64,000 nt of DNA from Sphyrna mokarran (taxonomy: Eukaryota): contig JAGIQG010000008.1 in NCBI GenBank assembly GCA_024679065.1, forward strand, positions 95,170,001-95,234,000, written 5' to 3'. The first letter of the stretch is position 1, and every line of letters begins with the position of its first letter. The notes below the pieces were generated by a model that made no database searches, was not told the origin of the DNA, and worked only from the letters and a program-made list of their open reading frames with translations. Shown here piece after piece: positions 25,344-37,292 of this stretch. Made by a program: the position numbers and the translations under genes.

Positions 25344-26624
25344 ATCAAAAATTCATTGTTGATCATATCCCATCCTCTGGGAAAATTTTTGGAAAACGTT
25401 TGTAAGATTAATGAAAAAAAAAACCTGTCAAATTCACATGCTAGAGATATAGTTTGACTTTGGTAATATTGAGATCCATGGAAATGAATATCGGGGGAGA
25501 ATTTATCCGATGGCCAAGCTCTGTTGCCCATTCCACACAATCACTCACCCCTTGTAAGTGAGAAAGAGAGGGAGAAACACACATACAGATGATCAGAGGC
25601 AGATATGCACAAACAGAAACAGATGTGAGGTATGACAAACAAAGAGAGGCACATATACAAGATAGAGAGATGCAAACATGTACTAGAGATGTGAAGACTC
25701 CGCATACGTTTGCAAAAAGAATGATGTGCAAATACGTATAGCAAGACACCCATAAACACACAGAAAGGAACAGATGACAGAAAATGTTGGGGACACTCAC
25801 AGATGCAGGCAGATGTTGCTTTTACTGGCATTGGGTCAATTTTGTCCATTGAGAGAGCAGGCCTGGTTTAACCAAAAGACAGTGGTGGGATTTTCACTAA
25901 GCTGGAATTATTTGGGAGCCTTTCAAACAGGGCAGCAGATTTCTGGTTCCAGGATTCCTGCTGATTTTGGAATTCCTGATCCCATTTCCATGGTTTCTGA
26001 TTTTTGGGAATGCAGACCCAGGCACTCCTGACCTGGTCGGCTTCTTTGTGGGGATAGGAAATGCCTAAACCTCCACAGTTTTCTTCGAGTAATGCCAGCT
26101 TTTCAAAGAGTCATGGTTTGCAGCACTTCAGGATGTGTCACAAACCACAATCTGCACGAGAGGACCATCTGAAAGGCAAGTTCAAAATCTCTTCCACGTG
26201 GCCCTCCATGACAAGACATGCTTTCTCACTATGGTTCCTCATGAACCCATTCCAAATTATGCCAACCAAACAAGCCCTGTGCTCCGCCATGCTCATCCCA
26301 TACCTAGGCATGGACCCCAAGCCTCATTATATACAAAGAACCCATTAGCTTGTCGAAACATCTGCACCCAGGGAAAACATTGCTTGGTTGATAGCTTTGG
26401 CACTTTATCTTGTGTAGTTAACATTGTGAAATTGACAACATAGTTCAGGGAGCCTTGAGACTTGAAAACAACTGTGTAAATGTAGCTGCATGTACTGTAC
26501 TCCAGTGCAATCGAGGACCAAGGAGCTAAAATGTTCTAGCTTCTAAATGACCTGATTAGAACTCTAAAAACAGTTACATCTGAATACTGTAGGGTTGACA
26601 AGCTTTATAAATTTATTTATTTAT

Positions 26625-26797
26625 TAGGATATTTATTTATTATTCATTTAGTAGGCTTATATTAATGCTGCAATGAAATGACTGTGAAACTCTCCTAGTC
26701 ATTACACTCCAGTGCCCATTGGGGTACATGGAGAGAGAATTTAGTATGGCCAATGCACCTAACCAGCACATCTTTTGGACTGTGGGAGGAAACCGGA
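26625..26797 (-). mobile_element. HE1-like SINE, tail type A, 5' truncated
   Basis: Match to the 3' half of the other copies. Confidence 0.75.
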
Positions 26798-27957
26798 CAA
26801 CCGAAAAGGCACAGATACAAACTAAATTCCCGTTTTCCCAGGACGACTGCTGCATTTTAATGGACCAATCGTCTGGTTTAATGAGAGGGCCAGGCAGAGT
26901 CCATCCAGTTGGGTAGGATGATTGAGCCCCAGTCAGCCGAGATGATCAATGCCGTCCTTGGGTGGGAGAGCCAAATCCCAGATTTCAGTCTGAGCAATTC
27001 AGCAACCTCCTCCCCTTGTTGGCTTTGCAGTCAGCTGTGAGACTCAGCCGTTTTAACACAACACAAAACAGCCTGACATGGCAGCTGAGTGAAATGCTAG
27101 TCAGCTGTGACTTCTGTTTGGAGCAATGATCGGCTAATTAGAAAGGAGCAGCTTTCCTTATTAAATGGCTTCTACTTCATTATATTCAAAGTGTGTTTTG
27201 TCGGCTTTTTCTCCCTGTCCATGCAGGTTCGTACTTTCTTCTCCGTCCACCATTACACAAATTAAGTTTTCCTTTTCAGTTTGTGTCCCATGACAGGATG
27301 GGGAGAGAGAGTTCCTCCTTCTTCTCCTCTGCACAATGGACAGAAATCCCTCTTTCTCTCTGCAAAATACCAGAGAGAGAATTGGGACCGTGGAGAACCA
27401 TTCAGTCTCAGGCGTGTTGTCCAAGCCAGGTCCTCCAATGATTTCCTTCGAAGGAGATTTAGTAAATTGAATACTTTGGGCGGGTTCTCTCTCAGTGGCT
27501 TCAGCCCAGGTGCTCATGTGAGGGCCAGTGAAATGCTATTGGCCCGAAACTGTTGGGAAATCAAGGGGCAGATTTTCCCATCCCACCCGCCGCAGGAATT
27601 GTAGCGGATGATGGCCGGAAATGTCTGTTGGACAGGGTTTTCTGGTTTCGAGGCAAGCCCGGATGGAAAATCCCACCTGAAGTCTCTGATGGCGTGTCTG
27701 CAAACTCCAACATTTGGCTGTAGTTGAGCCTTGTTCTGCTCCTATGGCCTCCTCCTGCTCCTATTTTCTATGTTTCTATAACGATGGGGTCAAAGAGATC
27801 AAAGAATATGGGGGAAGGCAGGATCAGGCTTTGAGTTGGATGACCAGTCATGTTCATAATGAATGGTAGAGCAGGCTTGAAGGGCTGAATGGCCTCCCCC
27901 GCTCCTTTTTTTGTTTCAGTGTTTGAACCACAGCTTTTTATTACCAAGATTTGCATA

Positions 27958-28128
27958 AGGGCGGTATGGTAGCACAATGGTTAGCACAGCTCCAGGGACC
28001 TGGGTTCGATTCCCGGCTTCGGGACAGTGTCTGTGTGGGTTTCCTCTGGGTGCTCCGGTTTTCTCCCATAGTCCAAAGACATGCAGGTTAGGTTGATTGG
28101 CCATGTTAAAAAAATTACCCTTTAGTGT
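27958..28128 (+). mobile_element. HE1-like SINE, head and body only
   Basis: gggcggtatggtagcacaatggttagcac...GGTTCGATTCCC. Confidence 0.75.
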
Positions 28129-28489
28129 ACTAGTCAGAATTGTGTTTGGACCAAAATGAAGTCACTATATCTTACTTGAACATACTGATGAGGCACTTGC
28201 TCATTTCTACTGTGTGTGTTTGTGATCTAAACCAACTCTGGAGTTTAAACAGTCATTAGTGGGAATGGGGTCAGCAAATTATTTCTGAGATTTTAACTGC
28301 TCATCTGACCTCTTAAAATCAGAAATTAGGAACCATATTATGTTGGCGCACCTTGGTCCAATTAATCCAACCCTCTGGAACTAAACTACCAGAAAACTAC
28401 ACTTGACAGTGCCATGACTCAATTTTAATAAATATGTTAATGAAATCGTATTAAAATTGATGGATCATTGACAATTTCTTTGGGACAAT

Positions 28490-28618
28490 TTGGGTAGGAT
28501 TTTCCAGCCTCACCCACACAAAAACCGGAAAATCCCACCTGAAGTCTACGGCCCTTTCCATAGTCTGCCTCTCGCCCGTGCCAATTCCCATGGTGGGCTG
28601 GATGGTAAAATTCACCCC
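28490..28618. mobile_element. Short MITE-like element with GGGCGGGATTTTCC-type inverted termini (related copies ~13315-13520, 18860-18965, 27566-27678, 38225-38355, 47320-47470)
   Basis: gggtaggattttcca ... tggtaaaattcaccc, with similar termini at the other sites. Confidence 0.55.
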
Positions 28619-29109
28619 TTAATGCTTAATTATACAGATTTGAGCAGAATGTGGAACTCATTGCCTATTCATGTGCCAATATTTTCCTCTTTTTTCCACC
28701 CATGTTCAAACAGTTTCTCAACCTACAGGGAATTTAGAAGGATTAGTCCACTGGGCAATCAGGGAACACATGACTCCCAAAAGATCCAAAAAGAATTAGA
28801 AATCTGTTCTGCACATAAGACCATCAGATCACTCGGACATGTCCCCACAATATGCACACAAATACATTGAGCTCCACCAGCATTTATAAACCAGAAACCT
28901 AATTCCCTGTTCCCCCTCTAAACTGCGAAGAAACTCTGATAGATGTATCCCCTAGTGTGATATTTGCAGATGGGTAGAATGCCATCAAATAATCATCAGT
29001 TGGAAGGATGGGACAATAACCCAAATTCATCCACTGCTGCCTCACGTCAGGATGGGAAGGGGCAACACAATCTTCTGTGTACACTGAGTCCCAGAGCTTA
29101 GAACTGCTT

Positions 29110-29162
29110 TTGGGTGGTGGGTGGTGGGTGGGGTGGGGTGGGGGGGGGGGGGGGGGGGGGGT
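29110..29162 (+). repeat. G-rich / poly-G tract
   Basis: (GGGT)n followed by a run of about 22 G. Confidence 0.9.
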
Positions 29163-29566
29163 AGTGTTATGTGTGCGGGGTTGTGATTCAGATTTGTGTT
29201 GAGCTGAAATCAAATGGCATTTGCATGAACTCCTTTGGGCCCATCTGCAAATACCCTAAATGGAATCAAATAATTTCAATGTACATTTGTAACTGTGAAA
29301 TGACTTGGCATTCATTATCCATAACATTGTGATTTTCTAAAATAGTTATAAGGAAGCAGTAACGGCAGCATTAAGCGTGGTGTTAATTGGAATTACAATA
29401 TGTAGGTTGCTGATTCCGTTTGAGGAAAGAGTGGTGAATAAGGGGGAGTAAAAGAAAAATTATGAAGCTGATGTAAGAGTACCAAAATTAAAGCATACTT
29501 TTAACCTGCTTGACTTTACTCATTGAATATGTAAGCTTTTGTCACATCTCAGGGTCACCCACTCAC

Positions 29567-29675
29567 CTTCTGCATCTTCTGGTCTTGTAAGGTCAATGAC
29601 CCCTGGACCAACCTTCACATCCTCCCCTGTTTTTCCTGTCAGCTGTTGTGCAAGATTCTCAAAGGGCACCCGTTC
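29567..29675 (-). CDS. SOX6: SOX6 internal coding exon ([36 protein letters not shown])
   Basis: Found by hand. ttgcag|GAA ... GAA G|gtgagt, 109 nt (phase 0 to 1). Bridges the flanking exons in frame and matches the recalled SOX6 [15 protein letters not shown]. Confidence 0.95.
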
Positions 29676-30149
29676 CTGCAATTGAAAGAACCGAAAAATC
29701 TGTTAGTTTTTGTGTGTGACAGTCACTGTGTCAATCTTGGCAGCGTTAAGTGCTGCTGGATCGGCATCCAGCCTTCACCAGTTACTCATCCATCTTTTTT
29801 TACCCCCAAGGAACCTGACTTGTGTTTTACTCCTTACCCTGCTGTTTCAAAACTCAAATGAGATAGCATAACAGATTGTAGTATTTCAGTATGAGGAAAA
29901 CCTGTCGATGTTCCTTTTATCAGTATGAAACAATATTAAATGTCACATCTGCTTACATTGGGAGCAGTAAAAAAGTGACTCAGGGAGCTGAAAATTCAGT
30001 GATAGATTCTATCTATCATGGATAATGCATTATATAAGGCCAAAGTATTACCTGTTGTTTAAACTATTCTTGAAAGGCAAAAATGCAACCAGCCTCCTTC
30101 ACAAAAAATCCAATTTGGAAAGATAGCTTTAATAAACTGTGGCCTACTT

Positions 30150-30455
30150 GTATCACAGTGCAGAAGGAGGCCATTCAGCCCACTGAGTCTGCAGCAATCC
30201 CAATCCCACCCAGACCCTATCCCCATAATTCCATGCATTTACCCTAGCTAGTCTCCCTACACTAAGGGGCAATTTAGCATGGCCAGTCTACTTAACCTGC
30301 ATGTTTTTTGGGCTGTGGAAGAAAACCGGAGCACCCGGAGGAAACCCAAATAGCCATGAGAATATGCAAACTCTTAACAGACAGTGACCCAGGCCGGTAA
30401 TCGAATCTGGATCCTTGGTGGTGTAAGACAGCAGTGCTAATCACTGTGCCACCCA
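30150..30455 (-). mobile_element. HE1-like SINE, tail type B, near full length
   Basis: tRNA-like head, central domain and CR1-like tail (ggctgaatggcctccttctgcactgtga). Confidence 0.85.
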
Positions 30456-31924
30456 AATCCAGGCTATAGAATGGTGGGAAGTGTATGGCGCTGGTTGCCA
30501 GTTTCCAATTTAGGATGAATTTATCTGATTCTCTAGCTGAGAGCTGGACTAACTATAGAGCAATTAAAGTTTCCCTCAGAACTGCCTGTGGCATAGCTCA
30601 CGAGTCCATTTGTGATCAAGTCACCATTAGACTGAAGATGTACTTTTAGTCATTTGCATTCTACTATCAGAGCATTGCTTAAAAACAATCTGCAAATGCC
30701 ATTTTCATTGAAAAACATTTTGGAGATTAATGGTGACTTAAAAATATGAAAGACTAATTGGTTTTGGTCTAGACAGGTCCACATCTATAGCACCTGGAAT
30801 TGTGACAATGGAATGTTGAGTTGACTTTATTTCCCCAGTCATTTTTAATATTTGTTCATTCAGTCTTCTGATCATTTCGAAATTGGTAAGACACTGTTTA
30901 TGGTCTCCCGTAGTCAGAGTACCCGCTCATGTTAAGCTATGGAAAAATATATGTTGACGATGCTTATCCATTAAGGAACTAAACAGCTGTTGTTTTAGCT
31001 AGCTCACTTGAAATTCTTAACAATTACATTGAGAGGGAGTTTCATGCATTTTACTTGAACTAGAGTAATCTAGATCTATGCAAAGAGAGCTCAATGTTAC
31101 CACGTTAGGCAATATCTGTAACCTTACACATTTGTGTGTGTGTCATACAATGCATGAATTTTCTTACCAGCTTGCACATTTTTCGTTAACAAAAGACAAA
31201 GGAAAATTAAATTACACTAATTAGATTACATTATCTTAAACAGAATAACAGTTCCAGTTTAACCTCACTCTCTTGTACTTAGTGCACAACAACTTCTTTC
31301 AATCTCTCACTGTTTATGAAAGACAGTTCAAATCCGTTCATCATCATCAAACAGATTTCGAACATCTTGCCTCTTTGATGACACACTGCTCCAGTTCAGC
31401 TGGTACTGCTCCTTTACCACCACACAATCAATGGCATTCTTTCCAAAGTGCATCTCAAACAGATTTATTTTTTAAAAAAGTGATTCCTCCTTTTCCCTTG
31501 CATACAATTTAGTTTGACATTTCCTCATCTTTGCCAGTATGCTGTTAAGTCAGCTGATACAGTCCAAGTGAGCGTTCAGCAATTTCTATGTCTACCTTGC
31601 CGTGCTTTCACTTCAGCTCATGACAAAGCTTACAATGAGAGGCTTCACAAGCACAAGACCATGTCTTATTCCTCTATTGCAGTAGATATTCATTCCCAAT
31701 AATTACCAACAGATTGCCAAGTAATGTTTAACAGGGACCCATTTGTGTGCTCAAAATGATATCTCACTATTACATGAAACAATCTTTCAGTTGGGCAAGA
31801 ACCTAAGGGTTAAAATTATGTAACATAACTAATACAATAAATTTGCTTTTAAAAAAAGATATTTTTATACTTACAATAATAGGATAACTTGGAACTTCTT
31901 GAAGACTGTATGCTACATTGCACC

Positions 31925-32480
31925 TCACTGGTCTAGAACAGTGTGTCACACTGTATGGCATGTCAATGATCTAGAAATGTGTTATAGTGCATGATATCAG
32001 GTTGATCTAGAACAGCATGTTATACAAAATGGCATCAATTAATTCTGAAGTGCATTCTACGCTGTTGTGTCTTGTTGATCTAAAACAGCAGATTATATTG
32101 CATGCTGTCCAATTATTTTAGAGAAGACCTCATAATATTATCAGATGAACATATTGACCTAAAATTATATATTGCTCTCCATAAAACATTCATCTGGATG
32201 CATAACCTGGTATCTGGCTGATCTAGGACTGTTACGTTACAAGTAGAGCAAACACGACGTACACTTCATGGTGTTTTACTGATTCTGGATAGCAAGAACA
32301 CATTAATCTAAAACATATATTGGTATTAATAGCATTTCATTGGTCTAAGACAAAAAACACATCACATACTGAACATATTGATTTAAAATACTAGTTTACA
32401 CAGCCTGTGCATTGGTTTAAACTGTGCGATTGGCTTTATGATACATTGAACTATATGCTGTGTTAACTAGATCAATTCTA
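31925..32480. repeat. Degenerate minisatellite, ~36-38 bp period, core TTGATCTARAACA
   Basis: Core recurs near 31929, 31967, 32002, 32075, 32154, 32218, 32302, 32340, 32377, 32412 and 32446. Confidence 0.6.
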
Positions 32481-35264
32481 TAGAATAGAATGCTGCATTG
32501 AGTGATACTTCAAATAACATCTTTTAAATTTATATCAGGGATTATATATCACAGCAGAATGTGAGAACGGAGCTATATAGATGGCTATTAGGTGATTAAG
32601 CATGCATTTTTTTGGATATTGAAAACACACACACATTCATCCCCCTTCACATTCACTTAATATTGTAGGACCAGTATTCACACAACAGAGGAATTATAAA
32701 TAAGATGAAGCATATTTACTTGTTCGTCTAGAATTTCTGATTGGTATTATTTTAACACATAATGTAATCCAAATCATATAATCCAAGCTGCAGGGAAGCA
32801 ACTTCGAGTAGTCTTCATGTGCTCAGCACCCTTAATAGAATATTAATATCAGTGCTGAGGAGAAACCAGGAGATGTAATTAAAAGGCAAGTGGAGGTATT
32901 TAGTAAAAGTGATCAGAAGAACAAATTCTACACAAGGTGCTGAATGAAACATCAATAACAAGGCAACTACTTTATAAAATGCAGAGGAGGCATCGAGATT
33001 TTGTAAGCTTCTGTGTACTGGAGAAAGGTCAGCCTGACAAAAAAGTACCATTTTACACAATCTGTCTGATAACAAGACCTGCTGCACAGCACATGCTCAC
33101 GGTAACACTCTCACACAGCACAGTACAAAGGATAAAGAGACAGAAGCCCTTTCTGTCAGCCTAACTGATGCCGCAATTTAGCAGCGTGAGAGGCTCATAC
33201 ATAAAGATGAGCTGGCTCTGAAGTGTAACTGTTCCATTACTTGAGTAAATCTATCTAAAAATCTTGAACATCATGATTTAGTTGAGATGGCTGAAAGATT
33301 TGCCTACTTTAAAATAAATTGTTCAAACTTGCTCTTCTTAAGCCCAAGTCTAAGTTTACAACGTGAAAGAGGTTAAAGTAAATGTGACAAGCTACAAAGC
33401 AAACAATAAAAAAGAGACAATTTAAGAAATTAACATTGAATGTAAAGTGGACAGGGATTTTCATTTCGAGTTTTAGAGCAAAACAGAAGAGTAAGCAAAG
33501 CCAACTCCACAACGAAAGAAACAGTTGGAATGAATGTACCCCTTGTGCATGCTAAGAAGTGTCAGGATTTTCTCTTGCATTGATGCAGAATAATTCTTGA
33601 TCAATCAACAAAATACCAATGCATGATATTTCAATGATCTTCTATTGCCAGATGGTACAACACCTCAATACACTGTGCGGCTTTCATTGCAATTTCTATA
33701 ATATTTTACTCTATGCATGATGCAAGTTTCAAAATTAAAAATCTGATTTTGCAAAATTGTGTACTCAGAGTGTACTTTCTCTCATAATCAACCTCACCTC
33801 TAAGCTGTGCGGATATGTTGCAGTCCAGAAAGTTCAACAGAGGGGACAAGCATACCGTGTGTGTGCAGCAATCCCTTTAAGAGGTGTGCACATCTGACCC
33901 CCAAGTCAATCTTAAAGGGACCTCACAATGATACAAAGAGACCCTGCACAGCAAAGAGGAACTGGAGAAACCATTGCCCATAATTCTTACTCTTGGCTAA
34001 CAGTCAGAAACACAAAAGGTCCAATGACAGTGGGTGGACATTTTTTCTTTCAAAAATAACATTGTTAAGACAGCTTGATTAGAATTTACTAAAAGACATT
34101 ATTTTTGCTGTGCTTCATAAGTGTGGCTTATGATTTTATTTCATTATTCTTTTGCTACTTGAAGGCAGTGAAGTTTCACTCCATACACTTGTTTACTGAT
34201 AGTTCCACTAGCTGATCAACCTGGAGCACGTAAGTGTCATTGACTAGTTGACCTTTGAAAGTGTGACAGACAGACCATACAAAAAGTGGCACTGTCATTT
34301 AAAAGGTGCAATAAAAAAAAATGAACCTTCTGGTTTGGAGTTTCAAGACAGTCAAATATTAATCCATCATTTAAGTAATGTAAATGGATACATTTCCCAC
34401 GCTTCGTCAGTCAATACTAGTCAGGGTGTAACAGAGATTTCTTTGCCGCAATTGAACTACTGTGTTAAGAAATTGCTGGTTGCATGCTTTAAGTATCTTT
34501 AGATTATGATAAACAAGATAGTGCTTATAAATTGGATGAAGAGTTTGAGATGATGAAGGGCTTGTTAAAGCTGAGGCAATGTTAAATGTTCCAAGGACTG
34601 CATCAGCAGCATCAATCACATTCGAGAATTATCGCTGTTAATGGAAGGGCGGCAATAGTGATGATTTATGGACTCTTAGATTATTACCAGTGACCAAAGT
34701 CACAGAGCTGAGGATTTTAATGCCACAATGGTGTGCTTTCTTTGATACACATAGAATGCAAAGCAAACAACTGGATGGGTTCCGCAAGCCACATGGAAGT
34801 TTGTAAGATAATTTCAAGTTATCTGAATGATGCACTTATTCATTCCATACTGCTGTTGTGTCACGAACTTACTGATTCCTCTCCTGCCATAGCCAAAGAA
34901 AGTGAGCACCAAATATAATCAAATTCCTTAATAATTAGTGGTCTTTTGAAGAGGAGAAAAATCACGAATTAAATCAAAGGATTAGATTCACTTGAACATT
35001 CATCAAAAAGCGATATCAAAGGGAATAAACACCAAAGCCCTATTTTCTAATTCAGATCAATTTTACAATGCCTACAATGTGTTTACTACAATGTAAAATT
35101 CACTATCATGAAAATAATTTTATAATTAAAATATTTATTAATTAAAATAATTTTATAATTAGAGTATTTTGACATAATTAATATTTTGACAATATTAAAA
35201 TAGGAGACCCAATAAAATAAAAGAGGCCAAGCGGAGAATCATACTGCACAGATTGTACTAAGGC

Positions 35265-35620
35265 CGACGGCCTAGTGGTTTAGTCACCAGACTATTAATC
35301 CAGAAACCCAGCTAATTTTCTGGAGACCCGGCTTTGAATCCACTATGTCAGATGGTGAAATTTGAATTTAATAAAAAATATCTGGAATTGCAAATCTACT
35401 GATGATCATGAGACCATTGTTGATTGTCAGAAAAACCCATCTGGTTCACTAATGTCCTTTAAGGATGGAAATCTGCTGTCTTTACCTGTTCTGGCTTACA
35501 TGTGACTCCAGAGCTACAGCATTGAGGATGGCTCTCAGCATGCCATCAGGCAACTAGGGAGGGGCTATAAATGTTGGACTGCCAGCGACGCCCATGTCTC
35601 ATGAATGGGTATAAAAAAAT
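35265..35620 (+). mobile_element. Third SINE family (tRNA-like head, A-rich tail)
   Basis: ggcctagtggt head; body aaaacccatctggttcactaatgtccttt shared with the 15900 copy. Confidence 0.7.
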
Positions 35621-36794
35621 GTACTTTTTTTAATCAGAACATTGAGGCCTGATCTTTGGTCTTAGGTTGACTAATCACAGTCAGAATAGTAGGAAGGTTT
35701 TTGCCTAGGAGAGGAAAACAAATCAGCTAGCAATTTTGCTCTCTGAAGCTATTGGAAACTGTGTGCATGTAAGTGGGTGAATGCACAGGCAAAATCTGGC
35801 CCAATGAATTCTTGTATGTAGCTATTTTGTTGACAGTCATTGCATGGCTGTTTGTGGAGCCATCACAACCAAGAAGTCAATGCTTCAGGAGAACACTGAC
35901 AAAAAAAAAACACAAAAACACTGGCAGTGCTAATTTAGAAAAAATTCTTAGCCTCATAGTGTGATTTTAGATATAAATTTGAAGTAATCTGAGTAAACAG
36001 GAGTTCATCTTTATTGGTGCTGATTCTGCTGTTGCACATGTAAGAGTCAACAACTCCTCCAAGACAGCCCGCCAAAGGTATCATTATAATTGTCAAAATA
36101 AAAAGACTCAAAAAAAGATAAGAGGAAATAATAAATTGACACCAAAGTTCATCATCATTCACTGTCACCAATTTTTAAGCAGGATTCTACTGTTAAAACG
36201 CTTTCCCCTTTAATTTCAGAGGAAGAATGTCACTTCTCCAGGACCTAATTGTCACAGAATTTCCAATGGTGTGAATAGAATAACATATGGCATTGTAAAT
36301 TTCAAATGATCACAAAAGCAGAATTAGAGCAAGGTCCAACATTACAAAACCTTCCATAATTCACAAAACACCTCCCATAAATAGGCATGTATTGATCCAT
36401 TTAGATCTGCACCGGGGTTTGGAAATGTCACAGCAATCTTGAAAGGGTTAAAGAGATTAATGAAATTGATTATAGGTTAAGAAACTAATCAGAGGTTTCA
36501 GGAGTTATCATAAAATTCAAACCAAAGCTTGAATTAGATCACAGTCTTGAAAATCTATTTCTAGCATCTGTTATTTAATTCTTTTACTTTTGTGTGGTTG
36601 CTTTATTTCTGTTTTGTTAACCTTCCCCCCACCTCCACCAATACCAACTTCCTCTTCTCCTGAAAACAGTGTATGTGCTGTGTTGGTTATGATTCTCTGT
36701 GCATTTTATACTCCGTTACCACAATTTTATTTAAACAATCAGTTATTCTTATATGGTTCAATAAATTATTCAACATCAGGAGCTGTCACAGCAA

Positions 36795-37292
36795 AATCAA
36801 AGCCTGATTGGAGTCTAGAGAGGGGGGCAGAAGGGATTCACCAGGACATTGCCTGGGCTAGAATGTTTCAGCTCTGAAGAGAGGCCAGTTCGGCTGGGAT
36901 TGGTTTTCCTCAGAGTAGAAAAGGCTGAAGGGGGATCTGACTGAGGTGTACAAAGTTATGTGACAGAGATAGAAAGAAGCCTTTCCCACTTGTAGTGGTC
37001 AATAACCAGGGGGCATAGATTTAAAATAAGGAGTAGGAGAATTAGGGAGGATTTAAGAAAAAGCATTTTCACCAAGAAGTGGTGAGAATCTGGATCTCAC
37101 TGCCTGAAAGAATGGTAGAGGGAAAAGCTCTCACAATATTTAAGAAGCATTTAGATGAACACTTGAAACACCATAGCATACAAGGTTACATACCAAGTGC
37201 TGGAAAATAGGAGTTGAATAGATAAGTGTTTGATGGCCAGTGCAGACACGATGGGCTAAAGGAGCTCTTTCATGGTTGAAAAACTCTATGAT
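36795..37292 (+). mobile_element. Decayed CR1 LINE 3' fragment
   Basis: Frameshifted LERxQxxFTR...RGDLxEVYK...WxSLP remnants, similar to 43881-44477. Confidence 0.8.

Noticed and set aside
25550-25810. Cys/Val/Ser-rich ORFs (25441-25849)
   Set aside because: Translation of a decayed AC/AG-rich low-complexity tract.
31925-32480. CRISPR-like repeat-spacer appearance
   Set aside because: Vertebrate intron, degenerate repeats, irregular spacing and no cas genes.
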